Virus record (IMG/VR): IMGVR_UViG_3300021400_001610
Span: 18,490 to 82,489 of that record
Strand: one strand, 5' to 3'
Source of the DNA: a virus
Taxonomy: Duplodnaviria > Caudoviricetes
DNA length: 64,000 bases
The position numbers were made by a program, and so were the translations under genes. The notes beneath the pieces are model-generated. The model was given only the letters and a program-made list of their open reading frames with translations, ran no database searches and was not told the origin of the DNA. Shown piece after piece: positions 1 to 8,548 of the stretch; within the stretch, counting starts at the first letter, position 1; the number at the start of each line of letters is the position of its first letter.

Positions 1-177
1 ATAGAATGTGTCTTTGATTTCAAATTCTTTTCCACTTCCTTTTCTTTCCTCGAAAGCTTCGAAATCATTTAAGATACAATCGAAAGCATAAGGGCATCCA
101 TGACCATTAGACGTGGCACATTTCTTACAAACAGAACTATTTTTTGTGACCTCGATTAAATAATCATATAAATACAT
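1..177 (-). CDS. small Cys-containing hypothetical protein (runs off window start)
   Basis: Manually translated MYLYDYLIEVTKNSSVCKKCATSNGHGCPYAFDC...; RBS GAAAGGGG upstream of ATG at 177. Confidence 0.5.
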   Translation of the reverse strand, partial: MYLYDYLIEVTKNSSVCKKCATSNGHGCPYAFDCILNDFEAFEERKGSGKEFEIKDTFY

Positions 178-200
178 TTTCTTTTCCCCTTTCTTATAAT

Positions 201-380
201 TTAATTACAAATTGCTCTCCACGGTTTATCATCATGATTAATTTCCCAATGACAAGGGGCGGGTCCACTTAATATACAGTAATTTTCAAAATCTCTTAAA
301 GGACAAGTGGCACATGTTCCTTGTTCTTTGCATACTTCTTTAATTATTTCAAGTGCTTTCAAAATTTTTTCTTTTTCCAT
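201..380 (-). CDS. 59-aa Cys-rich hypothetical protein
   Basis: Manually translated MEKEKILKALEIIKEVCKEQGTCATCPLRDFENYC...; RBS GGGAG upstream; below ORF-track cutoff. Confidence 0.6.
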   Translation of the reverse strand: MEKEKILKALEIIKEVCKEQGTCATCPLRDFENYCILSGPAPCHWEINHDDKPWRAICN

Positions 381-423
381 TTCTTTCTCCCTTCTTATTT
401 TTGTCTGTGTTATACTATGAATA

Positions 424-514
424 TGGTGGAGATGATGAGGAGTCGAACCTCACGCACCAATAGGTACTTATTTCCCTGTAAGAGGGGTTGCCGTTATTCT
501 TACTTTCCATCCCC
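424..514 (-). ncRNA. tRNA-like / tmRNA-TLD-like 91-nt RNA with Ala identity elements
   Basis: Acceptor stem GGGGAUG/CAUCUCC with G3.U70, discriminator A, encoded CCA, T-arm UGAGG-UUCGACU-CCUCA; own promoter TTGACA(556-551)-17-TATTAT; no canonical D/anticodon arms. Confidence 0.65.
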
Positions 515-686
515 TTGTTGTATCTATATAATACCATAGTATTATACGATTGTCAACTCCTTTTTATAAAGTTTTAATTTTCTGACAATTATATCGGCCC
601 GGGCGGGCGCCCGCATCGTCTAATAACGATATACGATATGCTCCGATGAAAAGATGGGAGCACCGACTTGGATGCTCCCGATTGGG

Positions 687-1046
687 TTACTCACCCTTTT
701 CACGCATTTCCTTTTTCTTCCTACGGATTTCTGCGTCACGTTCCATTTTCTTTTTCTTTTTCTCGGCGTTGGCTTTTGCCTTTTCTGCCTTTTCTTTCAG
801 TTTCATTTCGTATTCTTCTGCCATCGAGTAACCGTCATAGGGTTCTGTACCCTTGTTTGCTCCTGTGGGAACTTTTACGGTGATGACGATGAAATCCTCA
901 TTGCCCTCGCAACCAACAACGGGAATTGCGATTTCGTTGGACTTAACACGGAGAACTTCTTCATCAGACAGTTTAAACTGTTCCATAATGGACTGAAGAT
1001 AAGTTTCTCTCAACATTTCTCTTTCTACTTTTCTTGATACTGCCAT
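687..1046 (-). CDS. hypothetical protein with C-terminal Lys/Glu coiled coil
   Basis: 119-aa ORF, RBS AAAGGAG, own promoter, terminator hairpin 656-680. Confidence 0.8.
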   Translation of the reverse strand: MAVSRKVEREMLRETYLQSIMEQFKLSDEEVLRVKSNEIAIPVVGCEGNEDFIVITVKVPTGANKGTEPYDGYSMAEEYEMKLKEKAEKAKANAEKKKKKMERDAEIRRKKKEMREKGE

Positions 1047-1371
1047 TGTTAACTCCTTTCGTTCTTTCCTTTATCTTGACTAAAGTATATCACATAATTG
1101 GGGACTTGTCAAGACGAATTTGGGATTTTATGAAATTTTTTTACGAAGAAAATTTGCTTTCTTTCCTTATTTTCTATATATATTATATCATAAAATTTTA
1201 AATTTGTCAATAGATTTTAAGAAATTCAGAAAATTAAAATTATTTTGAATTTTCTGAAAATTCGGCGGCGCCCGGGCGAGTTGGAAATATCATCCAACTC
1301 GACCTGTCCTGTCGATCCATTCACATATTGCCCATACAACGAATGAAAGAATGAGAAGTATAATAGTCATT

Positions 1372-1653
1372 TTATTTCTTTCCTCTCTTTGTCTTTTTTA
1401 CTAAACTTTTATCGTATACTTTGTCAACGTTCCAATGGTCATAATAATCATTGTAGAATTGTTCCTCACCTTTTAGATATGGTTTGTCACACTCTCCGAT
1501 GTTGTAACCATATTCGTCTGCGATTGGTTTAACGTAAGAATCATAATTCTTTGCTGTAATTCCTTTTACCTTTGCGTCTACTTGGGAAGTAGAAACGGCG
1601 AAGATTGCGAAGATAATGATTGCTAATATAATTGTAAAGATTTTCCGTGCCAT
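1372..1653 (-). CDS. small secreted/membrane protein
   Basis: Start moved to MARKIF at 1653 after RBS GAAGGGAG; N-terminal hydrophobic signal-like segment. Confidence 0.7.
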   Translation of the reverse strand: MARKIFTIILAIIIFAIFAVSTSQVDAKVKGITAKNYDSYVKPIADEYGYNIGECDKPYLKGEEQFYNDYYDHWNVDKVYDKSLVKKTKRGKK

Positions 1654-1714
1654 TGTCTCATCTCCCTTCTGTAAGTATATGATACTACAAAAGGATTGAC
1701 TTGTCAACCCCTTT

Positions 1715-1936
1715 TTAATCTTTTCTTAAAATTTTTAATTGATATTCGTTTAACCAATATTTACTATACTCTTCAAAATCTAAAGTATCAGAACGTAAAT
1801 CTCTTGCAATTGCATCTATTAATACAAACTCTAAAGAAGAAATATTTAACGATGTTAAATAGTAAGGGGTGAGACAAAAATCTTTGGAAAAAATTGCGAG
1901 TGTTTCATCTTTTTTTGTTAATTGATAAATAATCAT
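1715..1936 (-). CDS. hypothetical protein
   Basis: 73-aa ORF with RBS AAAGGAG and own promoter. Confidence 0.6.
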   Translation of the reverse strand: MIIYQLTKKDETLAIFSKDFCLTPYYLTSLNISSLEFVLIDAIARDLRSDTLDFEEYSKYWLNEYQLKILRKD

Positions 1937-2061
1937 TGTTTTTCTCCTTTCTCTATCATGTTTATTATACTTTAAAAATAAAGTTCTGTCAACCCCTTTT
2001 AATAAGTTAATTTTTTAACGATCGGCCCGGGCGCGGAGCACGGGAGCATGCTCCCGAACTC

Positions 2062-2727
2062 TTACGCAAAACATTTTTTTCTCATGGGTTTATGTTGACG
2101 CATACAGTGGACAAAGATTTCTTTTTCAATCAATACATCTTCAAGTCCTGTGTGAGATTCGATGAAATCATTATCCCCTGTGATGTATCTATAAAGAATT
2201 TCTGCGGTTTTTCTGACCCTACCATTTTTTGTAAGGTATCCGTTGGTATAACACCATTCCTTATAGTGAACTTGTTTACAAATGGTATCATTTGCCATTT
2301 TCATTGTGTCCCATAATTCAATACCATAGGGGAGGAAAAATCTGTATTTTGATTTTGTGATATAACGCTGTGTTTTAGATGTTGACTTGTAATCGAATCT
2401 TGCGTTGTGTGCGATTGCGACCTTTACATTATATTTCTTACATACATCTGCAAAGATTTTTCTTGCTTCGTAAAGGCTGACAACCTCACGCTCGCCATTT
2501 TTAATCTGCTCGTAGTATTTCGGAATTTTGTCTGCGTAGTATGCTGATTTCATTAATTCTCTCATTCCGAAGAATACTTCACGAATTACGAATGAATACT
2601 TTTCGTATACATTACCCATTTTGTCAATGATGGCGAACCCTAAATCATATACGATGGGGTCATCGAGTCCGTTGGCTGTCTCTGTATCGAATACTACATA
2701 ATACTTTTTACGTCTGTCAATCTTCAT
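2062..2727 (-). CDS. DEDDh 3'-5' exonuclease (DnaQ-like)
   Basis: ExoI VVFDTET, ExoII AHNARFD, ExoIII HTGLED; start moved to MKIDRRKK. Confidence 0.9.
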   Translation of the reverse strand: MKIDRRKKYYVVFDTETANGLDDPIVYDLGFAIIDKMGNVYEKYSFVIREVFFGMRELMKSAYYADKIPKYYEQIKNGEREVVSLYEARKIFADVCKKYNVKVAIAHNARFDYKSTSKTQRYITKSKYRFFLPYGIELWDTMKMANDTICKQVHYKEWCYTNGYLTKNGRVRKTAEILYRYITGDNDFIESHTGLEDVLIEKEIFVHCMRQHKPMRKKCFA

Positions 2728-2880
2728 TTTGTTTTCTCCTTCCGTTTTCTTTCCTTTGAACAATTATATATTACCATATAGGACGCAAGAAGTCAATACC
2801 TTTTTTTAAATTTTTTAAAGACGAAATATTCTGACAATGGGAGCACGGCGCCCGGGCGAAGACGAACAGATGTTCGTCTT

Positions 2881-3000
2881 CTATTTAGTCTTCAAAATGA
2901 AATACATTATTATTAGACCTATGATTGTGCCTACCCCTACTGCCGAAAAAGCTTGTAATGTAGTTAGAGTAGAATCGTGGATGAAATATAGAATAAACAT
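2881..3000 (-). CDS. 39-aa single-TM membrane peptide
   Basis: MFILYFIHDS...GVGTIIGLIIMYFILKTK after RBS AAAGGAG. Confidence 0.55.
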   Translation of the reverse strand: MFILYFIHDSTLTTLQAFSAVGVGTIIGLIIMYFILKTK

Positions 3001-3058
3001 TTTTTCTCCTTTTTTCTTTATTATACTACAAAAGGGTTGACTTGTCAACTCTTTTTTA

Positions 3059-3241
3059 TTATTTTTCTTCTTCATACCATACTTTATCAATCACTAAATT
3101 GTCTATCAACTTTTCGGGATTGTCTAAAATGTAATTCATTACCGATTCTTTATTGCTGGAATCTGTGACTATTTCAAAATCTTCTTTTTCTCCATCACAA
3201 GTTAAGTCAAACTTAATTGTAAATTCGATGTGCTGTATCAT
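3059..3241 (-). CDS. acidic hypothetical protein
   Basis: 60-aa ORF, RBS GAAGGGAG, own promoter. Confidence 0.65.
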   Translation of the reverse strand: MIQHIEFTIKFDLTCDGEKEDFEIVTDSSNKESVMNYILDNPEKLIDNLVIDKVWYEEEK

Positions 3242-3300
3242 TTTTCTATCTCCCTTCTGTGATTATATGTTATCACATTTGATGTCGTTTGTCAAGTCTT

Positions 3301-3465
3301 TTAGCACATTTTATCTTTACCAGTTTCTGTATCTGTAACACAAACTTCTCCATCTACATCTCCATCGGTTAAAGAAATAAACTTTTCTGCGGCTTCTTCA
3401 TAAGAATCAGCGTCAACATACCCACTAATGATAAAACTGCCTGATACAAAGTAAATTTTACTCAT
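3301..3465 (-). CDS. acidic 54-aa hypothetical protein
   Basis: True start MSKIYF at 3465 after RBS GAAGGGAG; the upstream extension in the ORF track crosses promoter and terminator. Confidence 0.65.
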   Translation of the reverse strand: MSKIYFVSGSFIISGYVDADSYEEAAEKFISLTDGDVDGEVCVTDTETGKDKMC

Positions 3466-3604
3466 TTTCTTTTCTCCCTTCTTTATCTTATCTATATTAT
3501 AGCAAATGGATCGACTTTTGTCAACCCTTAAATTAAAAAAAGAATATTCTGAAAATTTACGTCTTCGGCGCCCGGGCCGCGAACGTATGTTCGTGATCGA
3601 GTCT

Positions 3605-3635
3605 AAAAAAAAGAACGGACGTTTTGTCCGTTCTT
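3605..3635 (-). terminator. intrinsic terminator
   Basis: Stem AAGAACGGAC/GTCCGTTCTT plus U-run on minus strand, directly after the 3644 stop. Confidence 0.75.
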
Positions 3636-3643
3636 TTCTATCG

Positions 3644-3973
3644 TCAAGCGAGTGCGTAACCCTTGACCTTACCCTTACCCTTGACCTTGATTTCACTTAC
3701 TACGAGTCCATCAATCTGACGAAGCAACGCACTTGCTTTCTGCACCGAGATTTCAACCTTTTCGGCAACCTCTCCTGCGCTCTGCGGTTCGTGAGTGAGA
3801 ACTTCCTTAATCTTCGCCTTAATCGGCTCGTTAGCGATTGCGGTCTTGGAAGGGGAGTTCTTCCGCTTTGCGTTCTTCTCATCCATCTTGATGATTTCGC
3901 TCTTTGCCATTTCGATGACTTCTGCGTTTACGTTACCGTTGATGATTGCTTCGAACATTTCTCTCTTAGTCAT
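3644..3973 (-). CDS. winged-helix DNA-binding protein, MTKRE family paralogue 1
   Basis: MTKRE N-terminus, ISxQKASAL helix, KVKGKGK wing shared with 4745, 8204, 13356. Confidence 0.85.
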   Translation of the reverse strand: MTKREMFEAIINGNVNAEVIEMAKSEIIKMDEKNAKRKNSPSKTAIANEPIKAKIKEVLTHEPQSAGEVAEKVEISVQKASALLRQIDGLVVSEIKVKGKGKVKGYALA

Positions 3974-4162
3974 TTCGTACCTACTTTCTCGTGAAGGTCA
4001 CGACCCTTTTTAACTACTTGGGAGTTCCTGTCTCCCCTCTCTGTGATTATATATTACCATACTTTATTGAGTTTGTCAATACCTTTTTCAAAATTTTTTA
4101 TTAGTTATTTTTTTCACAAGGCGGCCCGGCAAAAGACGAACATATGTTCGTCATATTTTACC

Positions 4163-4333
4163 CTATACATTTTTGCTGTCATCCAAATTAAAATATTCTC
4201 TGATCCAAAATTCTTTTCCGCACTCGCAACAACGTGCTTTTGCTAAAACTCTAATATAGTCTCCGTAATAATCATATTTTTCTATATAGATTATTTCATA
4301 GTCTTCTGAATTACAATTTTTACATTTTGCCAT
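4163..4333 (-). CDS. 56-aa Zn-ribbon protein
   Basis: Manually translated MAKCKNCNSEDYE...RCCECGKEFW; two CxxC pairs; RBS AAAGGAG. Confidence 0.6.
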   Translation of the reverse strand: MAKCKNCNSEDYEIIYIEKYDYYGDYIRVLAKARCCECGKEFWIREYFNLDDSKNV

Positions 4334-4347
4334 TTTATTTTCTCCTT

Positions 4348-4494
4348 TTAATCTTCTGTCTGTAAATAAACACTATTAGCAATTTCAACTGTTTTAATTG
4401 GAATATAATTTTCTTCAAGTTTGTCATAGACAAATACATTCATATTCATATCATAACTATCTAAAAGTTCGTTAATAAGTTCTCTTACTGTCAT
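4348..4494 (-). CDS. 48-aa hypothetical protein (MTxRELIxEL family)
   Basis: Manually translated MTVRELINELLDSYD...; RBS and promoter; N-terminus similar to 10312-10464. Confidence 0.6.
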   Translation of the reverse strand: MTVRELINELLDSYDMNMNVFVYDKLEENYIPIKTVEIANSVYLQTED

Positions 4495-4744
4495 TTTTTC
4501 TCTCCTTTCTGTGATTTTATTCTATCACATTTTATCTTGTTTGTCAAGACCTTTTTTCAACTTTTTTATTTTGTTTTTTCTCTCCTTTCTTCTTGACAAT
4601 TATATTATAAACGAAAGTCAAGAAAAAGTCAAGAACTTTTTAGGATGTATATTGTATACATGAAGCGGGCGCCCGGGCCACCGTCGGAATATTCTGAAAA
4701 TTTACGGCGAAAAAAAAGAGGAGCAAGTGCTCCCCCCTTTTCTT

Positions 4745-5092
4745 CTATGCTACAGAGTAACCTTTCTGCTTACCCTTACCCTTTACCTTAACTTCTACTG
4801 CGGAAAGCTGACCATCTGTGACCAACTGTCTGCAAAGAGCACTTGCTTTCTGCGTGGAGATTTCCAACTCTCCTGCGATTACACTTGCCACAATCGGCTC
4901 ATTCTTACCGCCGAGGAACTCGACAATCTTTGCCTTAATCGGCTCATTGGCAATCGCTGTCTTTGACGGAGTGTGGGAACGCTTTGCATTTCTTGCGTCC
5001 ATCTTCTCGATTTCCGCCTTTGCGAAGTCTGCGATTTCGATTACATCAACGTTTGCGATTACTGCGTTCAGAAATTCTCTCTTAGTCATCAT
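4745..5092 (-). CDS. winged-helix DNA-binding protein, MTKRE family paralogue 2
   Basis: SKTAIANEPIKAKI, ISTQKASALCRQL, EVKVKGKGKQKGYSV. Confidence 0.85.
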   Translation of the reverse strand: MMTKREFLNAVIANVDVIEIADFAKAEIEKMDARNAKRSHTPSKTAIANEPIKAKIVEFLGGKNEPIVASVIAGELEISTQKASALCRQLVTDGQLSAVEVKVKGKGKQKGYSVA

Positions 5093-5209
5093 TTTGGTTT
5101 CCTTTCTGACCCTTTAGGTGGTTGTCATCCCTTTCCTTTATCTTGACTTTATTATATCACCTTTTCTTTGACTTGTCAAGACTTTTTTTTAGAACTTTTT
5201 TAATTTTTT

Positions 5210-5273
5210 TGGTGGTTTACCGTCACCACCGTTTTATGTTACGGCTTGGGGAGCATCATCTTTACTATCTCCC
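5210..5273 (-). ncRNA. candidate small structured RNA
   Basis: Own promoter (TTGACA 5313-5308, TAATAT); hairpins GGGAG/CUCCC, CCGU/ACGG and GGUGGU/ACCACC (the last two overlap); only a 6-codon ORF. Confidence 0.3.
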
Positions 5274-5460
5274 TTGTTGTATATATATTATCACTTATGA
5301 CCCTATTTGTCAACAACTTTTTGCTATGTATTTTGTATACATGATTTCTTTTACGCTTTAGTGCGGTGAAGCGGCGCCCGGGCCGAGCAAACGTATGTTC
5401 TTTTGTGGAGTAAAAAAATAGGGCAAGACGCGTCCGTCTCGCCCTCGTTCCTATCCACTT

Positions 5461-5592
5461 TCAGAACGTTGCGCCTAATTGCTGTCGCGCCCGCGGTGGA
5501 AGGCTATGGCGCGGTGAGTTGGTACCACTCACTATTCGGCTTACATTTCTGTCATCGCGCCTTGCCATCGGCGCTTCGGTATGAACTTTCAT
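5461..5592 (-). CDS. 43-aa GC-rich small ORF (or structured RNA)
   Basis: RBS AAAGGAG, promoter, MKVHTEAPMARRDD...; terminator hairpin ~5419-5446. Confidence 0.35.
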   Translation of the reverse strand: MKVHTEAPMARRDDRNVSRIVSGTNSPRHSLPPRARQQLGATF

Positions 5593-5636
5593 TTGAGTTA
5601 TCTCCTTTCTGTGATTATATATTATCATATTTGGTA

Positions 5637-5828
5637 TCATTTGTCAATAAGTTTTCTCGTATATATCAAATATTCTTCTGCTGTCATCTCTTTTATTGTG
5701 GCCTTATCATCACAACTATCAAACCAATAATCAATCATATAATTAATAGCGCGATTTTTGTTGATGAAACGCCCAACTATATCTCCATTTGTGTTAATTA
5801 CACAATATAATCTTTTTACTTTTTTCAT
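5637..5828 (-). CDS. hypothetical protein
   Basis: MKKVKRLYCVINTNGDIVGRF...; start could be the GTG at 5834. Confidence 0.6.
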   Translation of the reverse strand: MKKVKRLYCVINTNGDIVGRFINKNRAINYMIDYWFDSCDDKATIKEMTAEEYLIYTRKLIDK

Positions 5829-5900
5829 TTTCACTTGGATTTCCCCCTCTCTGTGATTATATATTATCATATTCGATGTGGTTTGTCAAGTGTTTTTTTA

Positions 5901-6110
5901 TTATTTTCTCATTGCGTCACAGTAATATTTATAAATTTCATCGAAAGTATATTGATAACCGCAATCACAATTGACTACATGATGCATAGCAACGTATTCA
6001 TTGCCTTTATGCGTAAAGAAATCAAAATCTTCTATAGTAGATTCGTAGTCATATCCGCCACACTTGGGACAACCATCAAATTCTTTATAATCTTTAAATT
6101 TAATTTTCAT
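5901..6110 (-). CDS. Zn-ribbon protein
   Basis: CPKC ... CDCG pairs; RBS AAAGGAG; architecture like 4163-4333. Confidence 0.7.
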   Translation of the reverse strand: MKIKFKDYKEFDGCPKCGGYDYESTIEDFDFFTHKGNEYVAMHHVVNCDCGYQYTFDEIYKYYCDAMRK

Positions 6111-6146
6111 CTTTTTATCTCCTTTTCTTTTTGTGATTATATATTA

Positions 6147-6323
6147 TCACATTTCTGCAAGTTTGTCAAGTGCTATTAATAATCTTTTCTTATTTTTATA
6201 AAGTCTATTGTTTGTGCAATACGTACAAGTGCCATGATTTCTGCAAGTATGATCGATTGCCTTTGAACCATAATACTTTTTTCTTTTCTCTTTTCTATGT
6301 TCAATCGCCTTGTCAAGTGCCAT
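6147..6323 (-). CDS. small basic Cys/His phage protein
   Basis: SKAIDHTCRNHGTCTYC motif; start moved to MALDKA after RBS GGGAGG. Confidence 0.7.
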   Translation of the reverse strand: MALDKAIEHRKEKRKKYYGSKAIDHTCRNHGTCTYCTNNRLYKNKKRLLIALDKLAEM

Positions 6324-6454
6324 CTTATTTACCTCCCTTGCAATTATATGATAACATATCACTTCTACTTTGTCAACCCTTTTTTAAATGTTTAAATATT
6401 CTGAAAATTGGCTTCGGCCCGGGCGAAAATGATGCCAAAAGGCATCATTTTTAT

Positions 6455-7090
6455 CTATTCAGGAAGGCAACTTGCTCCAATTCTATCACAACCCATTTCA
6501 ATATATTTTTCCATTTCTTCACGAGTACGAATACCGCCACTTGCCTTAATTTTCGTATCATTATGAATGTTTGCTTTCATAATTTCGATGTCTTTGAATG
6601 ATGCACCGCGAGTTCCAAACCCTGTGGAAGTCTTTACATAGTCTGCGGGAGTATTGTCTACAATCTTTGTGGCGATTGCGATTTCTTCATCAGTAAGATA
6701 ACAAGTTTCAATTATTACTTTCAGAATTACTCTATCATTCATTTTATTAATTCTGTCGTAAATAGTCTCGATTTCTTTTTTAATAAGATGATAGTTACCG
6801 TTTTTCATGTCTCCAATATTGATAACCATATCAATCTCATTTGCCCCATCGAAAACGGCGGATTCGGCTTCTTTAACCTTTGTCATTGTGTTACAATTTC
6901 CAAGAGGAAAACCCACAACTGTGCAAATTTTAAGTGTTGGGAAGAAGTTATAAACGAAGTCTACATAGTGAGAAGGAATACAGACAGAGGCACAACCCTT
7001 TTCTACTGCCTTTTCGCACAGATTCCAAATATCATTATTCGTTGCGGTTGCTTTCAGAAGTGTGTAGTCGATGTGTTCATAAATATTCAT
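6455..7090 (-). CDS. deoC: deoxyribose-phosphate aldolase
   Basis: DYTLLK, VGFPLG, GANEIDMVIN, KVIIET, Schiff-base VKTSTGF, KASGGIRT, RIGAS. Confidence 0.95.
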   Translation of the reverse strand: MNIYEHIDYTLLKATATNNDIWNLCEKAVEKGCASVCIPSHYVDFVYNFFPTLKICTVVGFPLGNCNTMTKVKEAESAVFDGANEIDMVINIGDMKNGNYHLIKKEIETIYDRINKMNDRVILKVIIETCYLTDEEIAIATKIVDNTPADYVKTSTGFGTRGASFKDIEIMKANIHNDTKIKASGGIRTREEMEKYIEMGCDRIGASCLPE

Positions 7091-7224
7091 TGTTGTTTCT
7101 CCTTTCCTTTATCTTGTCTATATTATAACAGAAGTATTTCAATTTGTCAACTATTAAATTGTATTAAAATTGTATTTGTCGGCGGCCCGGGCAAAACAAG
7201 TCGAAAAAAAATAGACCCGAAGGC

Positions 7225-7386
7225 CTATTCATAAGAAGAGATATCTATTAAATTTCCCTCATTATCAAAATTAAAACTAATACCACCGTAACTTGACATA
7301 CTGTCTATTTCTATAGAATTATTGTCTACATATACTATATTAGCCTTAATAGTTTCTAATATTCTTTTTAATTCTTCTTTTGTCAT
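7225..7386 (-). CDS. 53-aa hypothetical protein
   Basis: Manually translated MTKEELKRILETIKANIVYVDNNSIEID...; RBS and promoter present. Confidence 0.6.
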   Translation of the reverse strand: MTKEELKRILETIKANIVYVDNNSIEIDSMSSYGGISFNFDNEGNLIDISSYE

Positions 7387-7580
7387 TGTATTCACCTTTC
7401 CTTTCCTTTATCTTGTCTATATTATAGCAAACATCTTTTATTTTGTCAACCCCCAAATTAAAAGTTTTAATTTTCAGATAATTTTAGTGGCCCGGGCGCC
7501 ACGAACGTATGTTCGCAAATAAGTGAAGCGGTTCACTTTATGTAAACCGCTTCGTATAAGGAAAGGAGGAAGTTAGTTAA

Positions 7581-7838
7581 TTACATAATATGGATTTCAA
7601 ATTGTTCCAACATCGTCATTGCAACTAATCCAACGGTAATTCCTAACATGCAACCGTCTTTGATTTTGTCTGCAACGGGACGTTGAAGAACAAAACATCT
7701 TGTAAAGGAAAGAATGTTGGCGAACAGATAAACGAACTGTCCAATCAAGAAATCTGCCTTTACTACACACTGTGCAGTAATCAGAGTAATCAATACCAAG
7801 TAATTCAATTCTTTCCATACCATCTGAAATTTAGTCAT
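7581..7838 (-). CDS. small multi-TM membrane protein
   Basis: Three hydrophobic segments in 85 aa; terminator hairpin GAAGCGGTT/AACCGCTTC at 7525-7553. Confidence 0.7.
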   Translation of the reverse strand: MTKFQMVWKELNYLVLITLITAQCVVKADFLIGQFVYLFANILSFTRCFVLQRPVADKIKDGCMLGITVGLVAMTMLEQFEIHIM

Positions 7839-7885
7839 TCTCTTTGTTTCCTTCCTTGTTTCTTTCTGATACTATTATAACGCAT

Positions 7886-8026
7886 TTATGCGATGTTGTC
7901 AACCTTTTTTTGAAAATCTTTTAAAAGATTTTCGAGATGAACTTTCTGCATCTTCTCAAAAGCCTGTCTATTCGGAATCAGTGTTGTATATTTCTCTAAT
8001 TCGTTTACGATTTCCTTTTTAGTCAT
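7886..8026 (-). CDS. 46-aa hypothetical protein
   Basis: Manually translated MTKKEIVNELEKYTTLIPNRQAFEKM...; RBS GAGAGG. Confidence 0.55.
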   Translation of the reverse strand: MTKKEIVNELEKYTTLIPNRQAFEKMQKVHLENLLKDFQKKVDNIA

Positions 8027-8203
8027 TTCTTTTTCCTCTCTTTCTGTAATTATATGATAACACACTTTCCCATAAAAGTCAACCCCTTTTTCATATTCAT
8101 AATTTTCTGAAAATTAGTTGCGCCCGGGCGCCTGTCTGAATATTCTGACAATTAATTTCCAAAAAAAAGAAGGGCGATTTGCCCTTCCTTTATTTTCCAA
8201 AAA

Positions 8204-8548
8204 CTAACAGACGCTATATCCCTTCTGTTTGCCCTTGCCCTTAACCTTAACCTCAACGGCAGTCAGTGTACCACCTTCTACCATCTGCCGACAGAGTGCG
8301 GAAGCCTTCTGAACAGAGATTCCGACCTCTGCGCCGATTGCACTTGCCGTGATAGGCTCGTCACAATCCTTGAGGAAGTCTGCAATGGCAACCTTGATAG
8401 GCTCGTTTTCCTGTGCCTTCTTGGACACCGTTGCTCTACGCTTTTCGTTCTTTGCGTCCATCTTTACGATTTCGGATTCTGCGAACTTGATAACTTCGTC
8501 AGTGATGTTGCCTGCGATAACCATTTCCATCATTTCTCTCTTAGTCAT
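8204..8548 (-). CDS. winged-helix DNA-binding protein, MTKRE family paralogue 3
   Basis: Start moved to MTKREMM at 8548; VGISVQKASALCRQM, EVKVKGKGKQKGYSV. Confidence 0.85.
   Translation of the reverse strand: MTKREMMEMVIAGNITDEVIKFAESEIVKMDAKNEKRRATVSKKAQENEPIKVAIADFLKDCDEPITASAIGAEVGISVQKASALCRQMVEGGTLTAVEVKVKGKGKQKGYSVC

Noticed and set aside
424-514. Canonical tRNA-Ala or tRNA-Val gene, or a simple ssrA attP fragment
   Set aside because: No proper D-stem or 5-bp anticodon stem with U33; both 5' and 3' ends plus a promoter are present, unlike an attP that copies only the 3' end
5419-5592. Retron msr-msd, DGR template or known ribozyme
   Set aside because: No reverse transcriptase in the window, no TR/VR pair, and no complete hammerhead, twister or HDV core
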